From an uncultured Phycisphaeraceae bacterium (GTDB taxonomy: Bacteria > Planctomycetota > B15-G4 > JADJEK01), in NCBI GenBank assembly GCA_964493525.1, contig CAZBOK010000002.1, positions 1-48,460 of the forward strand: a stretch of 48,460 nt of DNA, read 5' to 3'. The notes under the pieces were generated by a model, which ran no database searches, was not told the DNA's origin, and saw nothing but the letters and a program-made list of their open reading frames with translations. Below are positions 35,048 to 44,513 of this stretch, in pieces. Every line of letters begins with the position of its first letter. Positions within the stretch are counted from its first letter, which is position 1. The position numbers and the translations under genes were made by a program.

Positions 35048-35950
35048 ATGACGACCGCGCTCACCCTCGACTCGGTGACGAAGCGCTTCGGCTCCTTCAC
35101 CGCCGTCGACCACCTCTCCATGCAGATCGAACGCGGGACGATCTGCGGCTTCCTCGGCCAGAACGGCGCGGGGAAGACCACGACCATCCGCATGGTGATG
35201 TCGATCTTCTACCCCGACTCGGGGACGATCGAGATCCTCGGCGAGCCGAACGCCGAGTCGATCAAGAACCGGCTCGGGTACCTGCCCGAGGAAAAGGGCC
35301 TCTACAAGAAGATGAAGGCGTGGGAAGTCCTCGCGTACTTCGGGCGCTTGAAGGGAATGGAGTCGCGCGACGCGAAGGAGAAGGCGCGTGAGATGCTCGC
35401 GCGCTTCGGGCTCGGCGATCACATGGAGAAGAAGTGCGAAGCGCTGTCGAAGGGGATGGGCCAGAAGGTCCAGCTCCTCGGCACCTTCATCCACAACCCC
35501 GAGCTGGTGATCCTCGACGAGCCGTTCTCGGGCCTCGACCCGGTGAACGTCGACCTGATGCGCGAGGTCATCCTCCAGATGAAGAAGGACGGCCGCACGG
35601 TGATCTTCTCGACGCACGTGATGGAGCAGGCCGAGAAGCTCTGCGACAAGATCGTCATGGTGCACAAGGGGAAGAAGGTGCTCGACGGGACGCTCGCGGC
35701 GGTGAAGGGCGGGTCGGACCACGGCATCCAGATCGACTACGAAGGCGACGGCTCGATCCTGCACCGCCTCGCCGGCGTCGCGCGCGTGAACGACTCGGGC
35801 AAGAGCGCCGAGCTGTTCCTCGTCCCGGGCGCGAACGCGCAGAGCGTGCTCGAACAACTGGTCGGGCGGATCGCGATCCGCCGCTTCGATCTCCGCGAGG
35901 CTTCGCTCCACGAGATCTTCGTGCGCACGGTCGAAGGAGCGCGGTCATGA
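35048..35950 (+). CDS. ABC transporter ATP-binding protein (ABC-2 / NatA-like)
   Basis: Start re-set to MTTALTLDSV. Walker A GQNGAGKTT, signature LSKGMGQK, Walker B LVILDEP. Confidence 0.9.
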   Translation: MTTALTLDSVTKRFGSFTAVDHLSMQIERGTICGFLGQNGAGKTTTIRMVMSIFYPDSGTIEILGEPNAESIKNRLGYLPEEKGLYKKMKAWEVLAYFGRLKGMESRDAKEKAREMLARFGLGDHMEKKCEALSKGMGQKVQLLGTFIHNPELVILDEPFSGLDPVNVDLMREVILQMKKDGRTVIFSTHVMEQAEKLCDKIVMVHKGKKVLDGTLAAVKGGSDHGIQIDYEGDGSILHRLAGVARVNDSGKSAELFLVPGANAQSVLEQLVGRIAIRRFDLREASLHEIFVRTVEGARS

Positions 35951-37608
35951 GCAACAAGACGTTGATCGTCGCGGGCCGGGAGTACACCGAGAACCTGCGC
36001 ACCAAGGCGTTCTGGATCGGCATCCTCTTCTTCCCGATCATCCTGATCGGCTCGATCGCCGTGCCGCGGCTGCTCGATCGTGCGAAGGAGGCGCGGTATT
36101 ACGCGGTCGTCGACGAGTCCGGCTTCCTGTTGAAGGCCGTCGAAGAGCGCGCGCAGCTTCCCGACCTCGAGAAGGTCTTCACCACGGCGCTGTCGTGGCG
36201 GGACAAGGGCGGCGCGAAGTGGGAGCGACAGCCGCAGATCCTGAAGGACACGGTCGAGCGCATCGTGGCGATGAAGGACACGCCGGTGATGAAGATGCTC
36301 GATCAACTCCCGCCGGAGATCCGCGGCGACGAGAACGACAAGCCCGAAGTGCGGGCGGCGCGGTTCTACGCGTGGGCGATCACGGCCCTGAACAGCAACG
36401 AGGGCTCGGCGATTCGCGACGCGATGCCGAGCGAGGCGAAGGACCGGTTGAACGAGCTGCGCGACGGGATCCGCGACTGGTGGAAGTCGCTGCCCCCGGA
36501 GGAGGCGAAGGAGTTCGACCGGGACCTCGCGAAGGCGCGCTACGTCCGCGTCGACGCTCCGACCGGCGGCGACGTCATTGCCGAGCTGAACCAGCGCGTC
36601 GGCGACAAGAAGCTGTTCGCCTACTTCGTCATCGGAAAGGACCCGGTGCATTCGGACGAGGGCTCGAAGTACGTTTCGAACAACCTCACCGACAACGACC
36701 TGCGCCGGTGGTTCGCCGGGCTCGCGACCGAAGAGATCCGCGACCGTCGTCTCGCCGAGAAGGAAATCGCGAAGGACGTCGCGCGCTGGATCCAGAAGCC
36801 GCTCTCGTTCGTCGAGAAGCAGCTCGGCAAGGGCGGCAAGGAGGAGGAGGTCGAGGACAAGGACAAGGCGCTGAAGTTCGCGCCGCTCGTCTTCGTCTAC
36901 CTGCTCTGGATGGCCGTGTTCACGATCTCGCAGATGCTGCTCACCAACACGATCGAGGAGAAGTCGAACCGCATCCTCGAAGTGCTCCTGTCGTCGGTCA
37001 CGCCGCTGCAGTTGATGCTCGGCAAGATCCTCGGCATCGCGGCGACCGGCCTCACCGTGACGCTCTCGTGGATCATCTGCTTCGTGCTCGCGGTGAAGGT
37101 GATGCCGATGATGGGGTTCGAGCCGCCGTTCGACCTCACGCCGATCATCACGAACCCGGCCTACCTCGTCGCCTTCATCGGGTACTTCCTCGCCGGCTAC
37201 CTCTTCTTCGCCGCGTTGTTCGTCGGCATCGGCTCGGTGTGCAACTCGCTGAAGGAAGCGCAGAACCTCGTGATGCCGGTCACCATGGTGTTGATGGTGC
37301 CGCTGTTCGCGATGATGCCGGTGGTGCAGGACCCCGACGGACGCCTCGCGAAGTTCCTGTCGTGGGTGCCGCCGTTCACACCGTTCGTGATGATGAACCG
37401 CGCCGGCGGGACGATCTCGCAGTTCGAGTACATCGGCACCGGCGCGCTCCTGCTCGTCTCGATCCTCGTGGCGATGTGGGCGTCCGCGAAGGTGTTCCGC
37501 ATCGGCGTGCTGATGACGGGCAAGGCGCCGACGCCGGGCGAGATCCTGCGCTGGATCAAGGCGCCGGTCGGGCAGGTCCCGGTCCACAAGGACGGCGAGC
37601 ATCACTGA
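35947..37608 (+). CDS. ABC-2 family permease with a large extracytoplasmic loop (NatB / ABC2_membrane_3-like)
   Basis: ATGA overlap with the ATPase. N-terminal TM, then an approx 280-aa charged loop, then a C-terminal 5-6 TM bundle (IEEKSNRILEVLLSSVTP motif). Confidence 0.9.
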   Translation: MSNKTLIVAGREYTENLRTKAFWIGILFFPIILIGSIAVPRLLDRAKEARYYAVVDESGFLLKAVEERAQLPDLEKVFTTALSWRDKGGAKWERQPQILKDTVERIVAMKDTPVMKMLDQLPPEIRGDENDKPEVRAARFYAWAITALNSNEGSAIRDAMPSEAKDRLNELRDGIRDWWKSLPPEEAKEFDRDLAKARYVRVDAPTGGDVIAELNQRVGDKKLFAYFVIGKDPVHSDEGSKYVSNNLTDNDLRRWFAGLATEEIRDRRLAEKEIAKDVARWIQKPLSFVEKQLGKGGKEEEVEDKDKALKFAPLVFVYLLWMAVFTISQMLLTNTIEEKSNRILEVLLSSVTPLQLMLGKILGIAATGLTVTLSWIICFVLAVKVMPMMGFEPPFDLTPIITNPAYLVAFIGYFLAGYLFFAALFVGIGSVCNSLKEAQNLVMPVTMVLMVPLFAMMPVVQDPDGRLAKFLSWVPPFTPFVMMNRAGGTISQFEYIGTGALLLVSILVAMWASAKVFRIGVLMTGKAPTPGEILRWIKAPVGQVPVHKDGEHH

Positions 37609-37746
37609 CCGCGGTTCGGTCCGCGTTTCGGCTTCATTGGCGGCGACGTTCGGCCGAAGGAACCCCCGGGAGTGCGGTTTCCGCGCGCTCCCGCGGGGAT
37701 AATCCCCGCGCCTGACGCGCAACCGAAGACGCACCGGAGCTGCCGC

Positions 37747-39009
37747 ATGCGTTCGATCCCTCCCCTCGCCGTCGTGTTCTTCGTCCTCTCGTCCGCCGCC
37801 GTCGCGGGCACGGTGCACGTGCCGAACGTCCCGGGCGGGATCATGTCGGTGCAGGACGGCCTCGACGCCGCGGGCACCGGCGACAACGTCGTGATCGCGG
37901 CGGGCGTGTACCAGGAGAACCTCACGCTCTCCGCGAAGCAGAACGTGAAGATCACCGCCGACGGCAACGTCGTGATCGACGCGCGTCCGCAGGGCGACAC
38001 CGGCACCGGCCCCGCGCTCGTGATCTCGAACTGCACCGCGATCAAGATCACCGGCATCACGTTCCGGCACGCGAAAGGCCTGTCACCGAACGGCGCGGGC
38101 GTCCGCGTGACCGGCTCGAGCCTGCTCAACTTCGCCGACGTGTCGGTGTTCGGCTGCGACGAGGAAGGGCTCCACGTCGAGGCGAGCCAGGTCACGTTCG
38201 ACGGCTGCACCGTGAAGGGCTGCAAGGGCGGCATCTACGTGATGGGCTCGAACGTGAAGGTGCTGAACACGCGCGTGACGAACGACCAACTGCGCGGCAT
38301 CGGCGTGACCGGCGATCAAGTCGAAGTCGACCGCTGCACCGTCGCCGCGATCCGCGCGGGCGGCGGCGTCGAGATCACCGGCGAGCATCCGACCGTGACG
38401 CACTGCGACATCGCCGGCGTCATGGACTCGCCCGGCATCATCACCACCGGCTCGAACCCGACGATCGCAAAGAACACCGTCCGCGACGGCCTGATCGGCA
38501 TCGACGTCGTCTACGGCGCGTTCGGCACCGTCGAGAAGAACGAGATCTCCGCGTGCTCCGCGTACGGGATGCACACCGGCAACGCGTCGCACGATCTCAC
38601 GATCCGGAGGAACGTCGTGCGCGGCTGCGGCGACAGCGCGTCGGCCGGTTACTACCTCTCGGGCGACGGCATGGGCGGCCACACGCTCGACAAGAACGTC
38701 GCGATCGACTGCGGCGGCGACGGCTTCTTCGTGTCGAGCGACAACGCGACGCTCACGCGAAACCGCGCGGAGAACTGCGGCAAGGACGGCTTCGACCTCG
38801 ACGCCGTGTTCGTGAACATCACGCTGTCCGACAACGTCGCGAAGGGGAACCAGGCCGAGGGCTTCGAGAACGGCGCGGACAACACGCTGCTGACCGGCAA
38901 CGTGGCGAAGAAGAACCGCACCGCGTTCGCGAACGCCGGCACGATCGACCCCGCGAGCGCCGGGAACTCGTTCGCCACCGCGGGGGCGCCGGCGCCCGAG
39001 ATCGATTGA
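37747..39009 (+). CDS. secreted right-handed parallel beta-helix repeat protein, paralog of 14796..16124
   Basis: Start re-set to MRSIPPLAVVFFVLSSAAVAG (signal peptide). N-terminal motif SVQDGLDAAGTGDNVVIAAGVYQE. Its repeat architecture and C-terminal ...GNSFATAGAPAPEID parallel the first paralog (...GNVFTTGGPDTLPQLD). Confidence 0.85.
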   Translation: MRSIPPLAVVFFVLSSAAVAGTVHVPNVPGGIMSVQDGLDAAGTGDNVVIAAGVYQENLTLSAKQNVKITADGNVVIDARPQGDTGTGPALVISNCTAIKITGITFRHAKGLSPNGAGVRVTGSSLLNFADVSVFGCDEEGLHVEASQVTFDGCTVKGCKGGIYVMGSNVKVLNTRVTNDQLRGIGVTGDQVEVDRCTVAAIRAGGGVEITGEHPTVTHCDIAGVMDSPGIITTGSNPTIAKNTVRDGLIGIDVVYGAFGTVEKNEISACSAYGMHTGNASHDLTIRRNVVRGCGDSASAGYYLSGDGMGGHTLDKNVAIDCGGDGFFVSSDNATLTRNRAENCGKDGFDLDAVFVNITLSDNVAKGNQAEGFENGADNTLLTGNVAKKNRTAFANAGTIDPASAGNSFATAGAPAPEID

Positions 39010-39040
39010 TCGATTCGCGCGCGCGGAGCGCCGGACCGAG

Positions 39041-40672
39041 TCAGTTCGGCTGCTTGCCGAGCTCGTCGATGAACCGCGAGATCGTCGGCCACACCTGCGG
39101 CGCCTGACCTTGCCGGCGATGCAGCGGCGTGCCGGGCGGGTCGGCGCTCAATCCGTGGTCGCTCCCCGGCACGACGATCAACTGCGCGTGTGCGTTGCCC
39201 GCGCGCTCGAGCGCTTCCCGCATCGGCGCGAGGTTCTCGTCCGGCGTCACGTTGGTGTCCGACCCGCCGAAGAACGCGAGCACGGGGCAGGTCACCTTCT
39301 CGAACACCGGGATCGGGTCGTGGCGCATGTTGCGCTTCATCCACACGTAGTCGGGACCGTCGCGCGATTCGATGTCGCCGACGTGCTGGAACCACGGCTC
39401 GTGCTCGACCTCCTTCCGATCGGCGAGGTACGCGTCCCACGCTTCGTCGGAGTCGAACGACTTCCAGAGCAGATCGAGGTGCGCCCGCGCGCGCGCGACC
39501 TGCGCCTCCGTCGCTCCGGCCGCGCGCATCTCGTTCAAGCGCCGCGTGGTCTCCTGGCGCGCGGGCGAGATCGCGGGCGCGACGAACAGCAGCACGAAGC
39601 CGACGGCCGGCGAATGCGTCGCGGCGAGCGGCGCGATCCAGCCGCCGCGGCTGCGCCCGAACACACCGATGCGCGTCGGGTCGATGTCGTCCCGCTTCGC
39701 GAGCAGCTCCGCGCCGGCCGCGGCGTCGGCGGCGATGTCGTCGAACGGGCACTCGCGGTCGCCGGTCGAGCGGCCGCAGCCGCGGCGATCGAAGATCAGC
39801 GCCGCGTAGCCGAGGGCGGCGAAGGCGTCCGCGTCGAGACGGACGTCGCGTCGATCCGTCCAGCCGGATCCGCCGATCACGATCACTGCGGGATGTCGCG
39901 CGCCGTCATTCGGTGAAATGAGCGTCCCCGACAGGTCGGCGCCGCGGCACGACCAAGTCAGCTCGTCCTCGACGAAACGATTGCGCGCGAACTCCTCGGG
40001 CTTGCCGGAGCCGACGGTGCGCACGAGCGACGTCACCGCGCCGTCGGCGTCGAACCGGAACTCGATGCGGCTCTCGATCGGGTCGGGCACGTACTCGGCC
40101 GGCCCGGTGAAGAAGCTCTCGTCGTCGACCGGGAACAGCGTGCGCACGGCGCCGCTCGCGAGGTCGATCAGACGGAGCTCGCCCCACGACCACGCGCTGA
40201 CGACGAGCGCGCCGCCCGCCGCGGATCGGTAGGACCCGACGCGGCGCGCGAGGCGATCCTTCGCGATCGTCGCGAGCGGCTCCGGCGAACGCGCGAGCTC
40301 GAACTTCGCGGTCAGCTCGCCGTCGAACTTCATCTCGCCCGCGAGCCCGCCGTCCTTCGTCGCCGTCGCCGACCAGAGCCACGTGCGCCCCGCATCGTCC
40401 TTCTGCGTGAACGCGACGTGATCCGTCGCGAGCTCCGCGACCTCCGTCGGAACGTGCGTGCGACCCAGGTGCGGGAAGCCGATCTCGATGCTCGCGGGCG
40501 ACCCCGCCGAGGGCGCGACGATCGTCAGGTGCAGCGGGAAATCGCCGCCCGACTCCTCGTAACCCCAGCCGGTCCAGTCCCCGGCGAGATCGCCGCCCGC
40601 GAGCGCACGCGGGGCCGCAGCGACAACGGACAGCACGAGCAGGGCGGCGAGAGAGAGGCGGGTCGAGGACAT
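39041..40672 (-). CDS. secreted alpha/beta hydrolase (S9 / dienelactone-hydrolase-like) with an N-terminal beta-rich domain
   Basis: Start re-set to ATG 40670-40672 (MSSTRLSLAALLVLSVVAAAPRALA). Nucleophile elbow GVFGRSRGG. Candidate Asp in FFGGSDTNV and His in PGSDHGL. Confidence 0.85.
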   Translation of the reverse strand: MSSTRLSLAALLVLSVVAAAPRALAGGDLAGDWTGWGYEESGGDFPLHLTIVAPSAGSPASIEIGFPHLGRTHVPTEVAELATDHVAFTQKDDAGRTWLWSATATKDGGLAGEMKFDGELTAKFELARSPEPLATIAKDRLARRVGSYRSAAGGALVVSAWSWGELRLIDLASGAVRTLFPVDDESFFTGPAEYVPDPIESRIEFRFDADGAVTSLVRTVGSGKPEEFARNRFVEDELTWSCRGADLSGTLISPNDGARHPAVIVIGGSGWTDRRDVRLDADAFAALGYAALIFDRRGCGRSTGDRECPFDDIAADAAAGAELLAKRDDIDPTRIGVFGRSRGGWIAPLAATHSPAVGFVLLFVAPAISPARQETTRRLNEMRAAGATEAQVARARAHLDLLWKSFDSDEAWDAYLADRKEVEHEPWFQHVGDIESRDGPDYVWMKRNMRHDPIPVFEKVTCPVLAFFGGSDTNVTPDENLAPMREALERAGNAHAQLIVVPGSDHGLSADPPGTPLHRRQGQAPQVWPTISRFIDELGKQPN

Positions 40673-40753
40673 GGCGTTGATTCCGCGATTGAGCGACGTG
40701 CAGAACGGCACCACGCACCGTAGAACGGCCGCGCGCGCGCCGCTTCCGGAATC

Positions 40754-41719
40754 GTGCGCGCGATCGGGACCGCACGGATGCAGCGCATCGACACACGCCG
40801 GCTGTTCGACGGGAACGGGCTCACGCTGATCGACACCGCGTGGCGCCGCGAAGATCATCCCGCGAGCGCGACGGTGCGTCCGGCGACGGCGGTGTTCGAG
40901 TTCATGCGCGAGGGCTCGTTCGTCTACCGCGACGGGGTGCTCGGCTCGCGCGCGGCGCACGTCGACGCGACGGCGATCGCGCTGTTCAACCCCGAGCGGG
41001 AGGTCGTGATCGACCATCCATCGGGCGAATCGAACGCGGGCACGACGCTGCGGGTCGCGCTCGACGTGCTGCACGAAGTGGCGCACGCCGCGCGCGTGCG
41101 ACTGCCGCGCCGGGAGCACGAGCTGTTCGCGTGCGCGAGCGTGCGGTCGCCGGCCGCGGTCTACATCGCGCAGCGCCGCGCCCTCGCACTCGCGCGATCG
41201 GCGTCGAACGACGCGGACGGCGTCGAGGAAGCACTGCTCGCGCTGGTCGAGCGGGCACTGTCCGCGATCGTCGCTCCCGCGCGCGTTCGGTCGGACGCCG
41301 TCGCCGTGAGCCGGTTCGCGCGCGGCCGCGTCCTCGCCGCGCAGTCGATGATCGCCGAGCGCTTCCGCGGGCGGTGCACGCTCGACGACGTCGCGCGCGC
41401 GGTCGGGATATCGCGCTTCCAACTCTGCCGAGCGTTCTCGTCGCTCACCGGCCGGACGATCCACGACACGCTCGTCGAGCTCCGCGTCCGCGCCGCCGTC
41501 GAACGGATCGCGGAAGGCGAACGGAGCTTGACCGCCGCCGCGCTCGCGTGCGGCTTCGCGAGCCACTCGCACCTGACCGACACGTTCCGCGCGCGGCTCG
41601 CCGTCTCGCCCGCGTCGCTGCGCCGCGCGATCGGGACGTTCAGCCGGAGTTCTTCGCCAGGATCTTGCCGATCGTCGTCCACTGCTCCTTCGTCATCGGC
41701 ACGACCGACAGCCGGCTGA
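40754..41719 (+). CDS. AraC-family transcriptional regulator
   Basis: C-terminal double HTH (LDDVARAVGISRFQLCRAFSSLTG...AAALACGFASHSHLTDTFRARLAVSP). Divergent from the hydrolase gene. The start is uncertain (40754 or 40778). The Ser-rich tail overlaps the EVE gene on the opposite strand. Confidence 0.8.
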   Translation: MRAIGTARMQRIDTRRLFDGNGLTLIDTAWRREDHPASATVRPATAVFEFMREGSFVYRDGVLGSRAAHVDATAIALFNPEREVVIDHPSGESNAGTTLRVALDVLHEVAHAARVRLPRREHELFACASVRSPAAVYIAQRRALALARSASNDADGVEEALLALVERALSAIVAPARVRSDAVAVSRFARGRVLAAQSMIAERFRGRCTLDDVARAVGISRFQLCRAFSSLTGRTIHDTLVELRVRAAVERIAEGERSLTAAALACGFASHSHLTDTFRARLAVSPASLRRAIGTFSRSSSPGSCRSSSTAPSSSARPTAG

Positions 41720-42059
41720 TCCGGAACAGATCCCAGCCTTCGAGCCGGCGGTCCGACTTCATCTGCTCGAGCGTCACCGGCTGCGGCCATTTCGCGCCGA
41801 ACTCGAGATCGACGACGACCGCGCTCTCGTCGCCGCCGCCTTTCGGATCGGGGTACGCCGCGCGCGCGACCTTCGCGACCCCTCGCGCCGCGCGTTCATC
41901 GCCGGTGTGGAACACGAGCACGTAGTCGCCGATCTTCATCTCGCGCAGGTGGATCCGCGCCAGCGGGTTCTGGACGCCGTCCCACGTCGTCTTCTTGTCG
42001 CGAGCCAGATCGTCGATCGAGTACGTCGACGGCTCGGTCTTCACCAGCCAGAACTGCAT
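41640..42059 (-). CDS. EVE (PUA-like) domain protein
   Basis: MQFWLVKTEPSTYSIDDL...WDGVQNPLARIHLREMKIGDYVLVFHTG...RLSVVPMTKEQW matches the stand-alone EVE domain pattern. GGGAG RBS lies inside the upstream gene end. Confidence 0.9.
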   Translation of the reverse strand: MQFWLVKTEPSTYSIDDLARDKKTTWDGVQNPLARIHLREMKIGDYVLVFHTGDERAARGVAKVARAAYPDPKGGGDESAVVVDLEFGAKWPQPVTLEQMKSDRRLEGWDLFRISRLSVVPMTKEQWTTIGKILAKNSG

Positions 42060-42062
42060 ACG

Positions 42063-43688
42063 TCACTCCCTCGAGAGATCGAAGCGCCGGAAACACCAGC
42101 CGAGCAGCGTGAGCAGTCCGAAATCGACGAGCGCTTGAACGGGCAGAGCGCTGACGACGCCGGCGGTGACGGAGTCGAACGACTGCGTCGCCCACGCGAG
42201 TGTGACTCCCGCGGGCACGAGCGCGAGCGCGAGCCCGAACATGCTGAACACCATCATCAACGACGTCGCGCTCGGGTTCGGCCGCCCGGTCGCGGTGACG
42301 GTGCGGATCGGGAACAGCAGAAAGCCGACGTTGTTGATCGCGCACACGCCGAGCGTCGTCAGCGGATAGACGAGCAGCCCGATCCACACGGCGTCGAACG
42401 AATCGCCGAGCAGGATCGTCATCGGCACGAGCAGCGCGAACTGGAACACGAGTGCGAGCGACACGGGCAGTGCGACTTCCGCGAGCGCGAGCCGCGTCGG
42501 GTGAACCGGGAGCTGCTTCAACTGCGCGAACACGTCGAGATCGCGGCGGAAGTCGAACGCCAGGTGGCTCTGCAGCAGGAACGGGAGCAGGCCGCACATC
42601 GTGAGCAGCATCGGCATCGCGTCGCGCGGCGCGCCGCGCGCGACGCTCTGCTTCACGACGAACGCGAGCGAGGTCCCGATCATCCCGGTGATGAACACGG
42701 CGAACAGCAGGAGCCGCAGCGAGCGCGAGAGCACGATCACGTTCTTCCAGAGCACGGCGCCGGCGCCGCGGAACATCGGGAGCGCGGGCAGCTTTCGCTC
42801 GCGGAACCGCTCGCCGTCGCGGCCGGCCGTAGCCGGGATCCCGCGGCCCGCGAGCGCGAGCACGCGGGTCACGCGCCGGCTCGTCTCGATCGAAGCCTCG
42901 AAGAACCGCACCTGCAGCGAGACCGCGATCAACAGAGTTCCCGCCGCGAAGAGGACGAGCTGCGACGCCGTGCGCATGGCGTCGGCGAACTCCGTCGCGA
43001 GCGCGAGCTCCTCGACCGCGACCGCCGGATAGAAGATCACGCGCGCCACCGGGGTCGCGAGCCATTCGCGCACGTGATCGGAGAACGTGCCGCCGCCGAA
43101 CATCGACGTCATCAGGACGACGATGCCGAGGCCGGCGACGAGTGTCGCGAACAACTGCATGCTGCGTCGCATCCGCGCGAACACGCGCTCGTTGATCGTG
43201 ACCGCGACGAGCGCGGCGATCGCCTGGAGATGCACCGCCACCGCCTGAGCGAGCGCGAGTCCGATGAACGCGAGGCCGTGGTTCGGAACGCGCATCCCGA
43301 AGATCACGGTGAAGAAGAAGCTCGACAACAGCGCGAGCGGATAGATCGAGCACAGCCGGTAGAGGATCAGCGAGCGCCGCGTGAACGGTCCGGGGAACAG
43401 GAAGTCGATGTCGGCGGGCTGGAACGCGAGCCCGCGCTGCACGACGCCGCCGAAGACCGACATGATCATCGTCATCGCGACGAGCATCTTCATCACTTGC
43501 GCGGCGGATTCGGGCGAAGCGATTCCCCGTTGTCGCTGGGCATACACCTGCGCCCAGACCATGAACGAGATGAGCGCGAGCCAGAGCACCGTGCCGAGCA
43601 GGCGCCGCGGATTGGCGAGGCCGCGCCAATACTGGCGCACGCCGTTCACGCGGCGTCGCCACAGCAGGAACGCGAGCGCGCGATTCAC
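42063..43688 (-). CDS. polytopic permease of the 'putative ABC exporter' type
   Basis: GTG at 43686-43688 overlaps the ATPase stop (GTGA). About 10-12 hydrophobic segments. The remainder of the 1090-aa ORF upstream is out-of-context read-through. Confidence 0.8.
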   Translation of the reverse strand: MNRALAFLLWRRRVNGVRQYWRGLANPRRLLGTVLWLALISFMVWAQVYAQRQRGIASPESAAQVMKMLVAMTMIMSVFGGVVQRGLAFQPADIDFLFPGPFTRRSLILYRLCSIYPLALLSSFFFTVIFGMRVPNHGLAFIGLALAQAVAVHLQAIAALVAVTINERVFARMRRSMQLFATLVAGLGIVVLMTSMFGGGTFSDHVREWLATPVARVIFYPAVAVEELALATEFADAMRTASQLVLFAAGTLLIAVSLQVRFFEASIETSRRVTRVLALAGRGIPATAGRDGERFRERKLPALPMFRGAGAVLWKNVIVLSRSLRLLLFAVFITGMIGTSLAFVVKQSVARGAPRDAMPMLLTMCGLLPFLLQSHLAFDFRRDLDVFAQLKQLPVHPTRLALAEVALPVSLALVFQFALLVPMTILLGDSFDAVWIGLLVYPLTTLGVCAINNVGFLLFPIRTVTATGRPNPSATSLMMVFSMFGLALALVPAGVTLAWATQSFDSVTAGVVSALPVQALVDFGLLTLLGWCFRRFDLSRE

Positions 43689-44482
43689 GGGAGCAGCGGG
43701 TCCCGTGCGGTGGGCGCGGCAGACCCGGCGCCGGCGGTCTCGGTGATCGCGAAGAACACCTCTTCGAGCGTCGCGGAGGTCGACAGCCCGGACTGCGCGC
43801 GGATCGACTCGAGCGGTCCGATCGCCGCCGTCCTGCCGCGGTGGAGGATGAGCACGCGATGACAGAGCCGTTCGACGAGCTCGAGCTGGTGCGACGACAT
43901 CAGGATCGCGGCCCCGGCTTCCGCGCGCCGCCGGATCGATTCGCGCATCAACCGGATGCCGTGCGGGTCGAGGCCGGTAAGCGGCTCGTCGAGCAGGAGC
44001 GCCTTCGGCTCGTGCAGGAACGCGCACGCGATCGCCAGCTTCTGCTGCATCCCGCGCGACAGCGTGTTCGCCAGCTCGTCGCGCTTCTCGACCAGTTCGA
44101 GCTCCTTCAAGAGCATCTCGGCGCGCGGGTCGGCGGCGACGACGTTGTACGCGAGCGCCGTGAACCGCAGGTGCTCGGCGACCGTCAGCAGGTCGAACGG
44201 GTGCGGCGTGTCGGGCACGTACGCGAGGCGGCGCTTCGCCTCGACCGGCTGATGGCGCACGTCGTGTCCCGCGACCGTGAGCCGGCCCGCGTTCGGGTCG
44301 AGGATCCCGGCGATCGCGCGCAGCGTCGTCGTCTTCCCGGCGCCGTTCTGCCCGACGAGCCCGAGGATCTCGCCCGGGCTCACCGTGAACGACAGGTCTT
44401 TCACGGCTTCGAAGCCGTCGTAGCTCTTCGTGAAGCCGATGACGTCGATCACGCGCGCTCCGTCCGATCGTGGGCGCGGCAT
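43685..44482 (-). CDS. ABC transporter ATP-binding protein
   Basis: Walker A GQNGAGKTT, signature LSRGMQQK, Walker B LLLDEP, H-loop SSH. The start is uncertain, as it lies only 31 nt from the divergent waaF start. Confidence 0.9.
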   Translation of the reverse strand: MPRPRSDGARVIDVIGFTKSYDGFEAVKDLSFTVSPGEILGLVGQNGAGKTTTLRAIAGILDPNAGRLTVAGHDVRHQPVEAKRRLAYVPDTPHPFDLLTVAEHLRFTALAYNVVAADPRAEMLLKELELVEKRDELANTLSRGMQQKLAIACAFLHEPKALLLDEPLTGLDPHGIRLMRESIRRRAEAGAAILMSSHQLELVERLCHRVLILHRGRTAAIGPLESIRAQSGLSTSATLEEVFFAITETAGAGSAAPTARDPLLP

Positions 44483-44513
44483 TGTAGGCGCGGGCCTCTA
44501 TCATCGGCGGCCC

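Noticed and set aside
44483-44513. TTGTAG / TATCAT hexamers in the 31-nt divergent spacer between the ABC ATPase and waaF as a promoter.
   Set aside because: The spacer between the hexamers is only 11 nt, incompatible with a sigma-70 promoter. The ATPase start may in fact lie further downstream.
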